Source: Blepharisma stoltei ATCC 30299
Lineage: Eukaryota > Protista > Ciliophora
NCBI GenBank assembly: GCA_965603825.1
Contig: CBFDEM010000025.1
Span: 62,001-126,000 of the forward strand
Length of the DNA stretch: 64,000 nucleotides
Direction: 5' to 3'
Shown here: piece by piece, positions 63,193 through 64,000 of the stretch
Numbering within the stretch: position 1 is the first letter of the stretch
Layout: the number at the start of each line of letters is the position of its first letter
Translations under genes and position numbers: made by a program
The notes under the pieces: model-generated
Database searches by the model: none
Seen by the model: the letters and a program-made list of their open reading frames with translations, nothing else
Told to the model about the DNA's origin: nothing

Positions 63193-64000
63193 TTAAATAC
63201 AGCTTATCTTCGAAGACAAGGAAAATTTTCTATATTCCAAAGTGCTTTCTGGTGGCTTTGCAGCGGACATTCTAAAATCAAAGAAATATCCAGAAAATAA
63301 GCTCTGAATTGAATCTTGCTCAATTGTAGGGTCGATTTCGTCTTTTCATTCTCCACCTACTCGAGGGTCAAAATTATCTTCAGTAGTTAATCTAAAAGGA
63401 GCTTCAAGGGTTTTATCTTTAAGCTCTTTCCAAGGGAAGTCTTGAAGCCATGGGTGAGCTTTTAATTCTTTGGCACCTTTTGCGCCTAGTCTGTGATCAG
63501 CTTTTCTCATAAGCATTTTGTTAGCGAAATCAGCAGCTTCAATGGACCAGCCTTCAGGTATTTCTTGTCTTTTAATTTGTACTTGTTTAGCCAAAATCTG
63601 GTCTCTTATTTCTTTTCTGTTTTTACCATTATAAGGCCTTCTCCCCATCATGAACTCATAAACAATAACCCCCAAAGCAAAATAATCAGCCACATATCCA
63701 TGGTTCATCCTACACATAACTTCTGGGGCCATATAGCCTGGGGTTCCTGATGTATCTTGTGAGTTTTCTGGGTTAAAAACCCTCGCAATCCCAAAATCTG
63801 TTATCCTCACATACCCTTTACTATCTAAAACCAAATTTTCAGGCTTAATATCTCTATGTATAATTCCATTTGCATGAATATATTCAAGCCCTGACACAAT
63901 GCATGCTACGAAAAACCGCGTTTGCTCCTCACTAAACCTTCTGACCTTCCCAATATGATAGCGAAGGTCTCCGCCTGGCATCAAATCCATCACTAAATAC
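63193..64000 (-). CDS. AGC-group Ser/Thr protein kinase, 5'-truncated by the window edge
   Basis: HRDIKPEN, TDFG and GTPGYMAPE. Reading TGA at 63346 as Trp extends the protein through an AGC-like tail (LFSGYFF) to TAA at 63193. Confidence 0.92.

Noticed and set aside
276-63348. TGA as selenocysteine or cysteine
   Set aside because: Homologous positions hold TGG/Trp, not Cys, across many unrelated proteins.
1488-63750. Short antisense or overlapping ORFs in the track (e.g. 6928..7239, 44591..45010, 47969..48415, 53715..54029, 61257..61571)
   Set aside because: They are shadows of real genes on the opposite strand and show no independent motifs.
1-64000. Mycoplasma or mitochondrial origin (both also use UGA=Trp)
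   Set aside because: Spliceosomal introns and eukaryotic nuclear genes (dynein LC8, RCC1 repeats, AGC kinase) are present.
1-64000. Telomeric repeats, tRNA/rRNA genes, transposases, CRISPR arrays
   Set aside because: None were recognised by eye; short retained IESs cannot be excluded without micronuclear data.

Overview
AT-rich eukaryotic DNA, not prokaryotic. It most likely comes from the macronuclear genome of a heterotrich ciliate of the Blepharisma type (inference). Two lines of evidence support this. In-frame TGA aligns with TGG/Trp in paralogs and conserved motifs while genes end in TAA/TAG, so UGA encodes Trp. Genes also carry tiny 15-16 nt GT..AG introns. The supplied standard-code ORF track therefore fragments almost every gene. 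Positions 1-44.5 kb hold a same-strand tandem array of nine copies (one partial, two apparently pseudogenised) of a ~1400-aa multi-pass membrane protein with a helical/TPR-like region and PAS domain(s). These are TmcB/TmcC-like and have no recognisable catalytic output domain. The array is interrupted by a coiled-coil gene, a decayed Ser/Thr kinase and a reverse-oriented atypical kinase-fold gene. Positions 44.5-64 kb are very gene-dense: a C2 protein, an SMPD4-like protein, coiled-coil, ankyrin and EF-hand proteins, an SOS1/NHX7-like antiporter, dynein LC8, an RCC1-repeat protein, an IQ-CBM48-PPTC7-like phosphatase, a pyruvate kinase homologue lacking key catalytic residues, and an AGC kinase. 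All annotations are by eye; no database searches were run.
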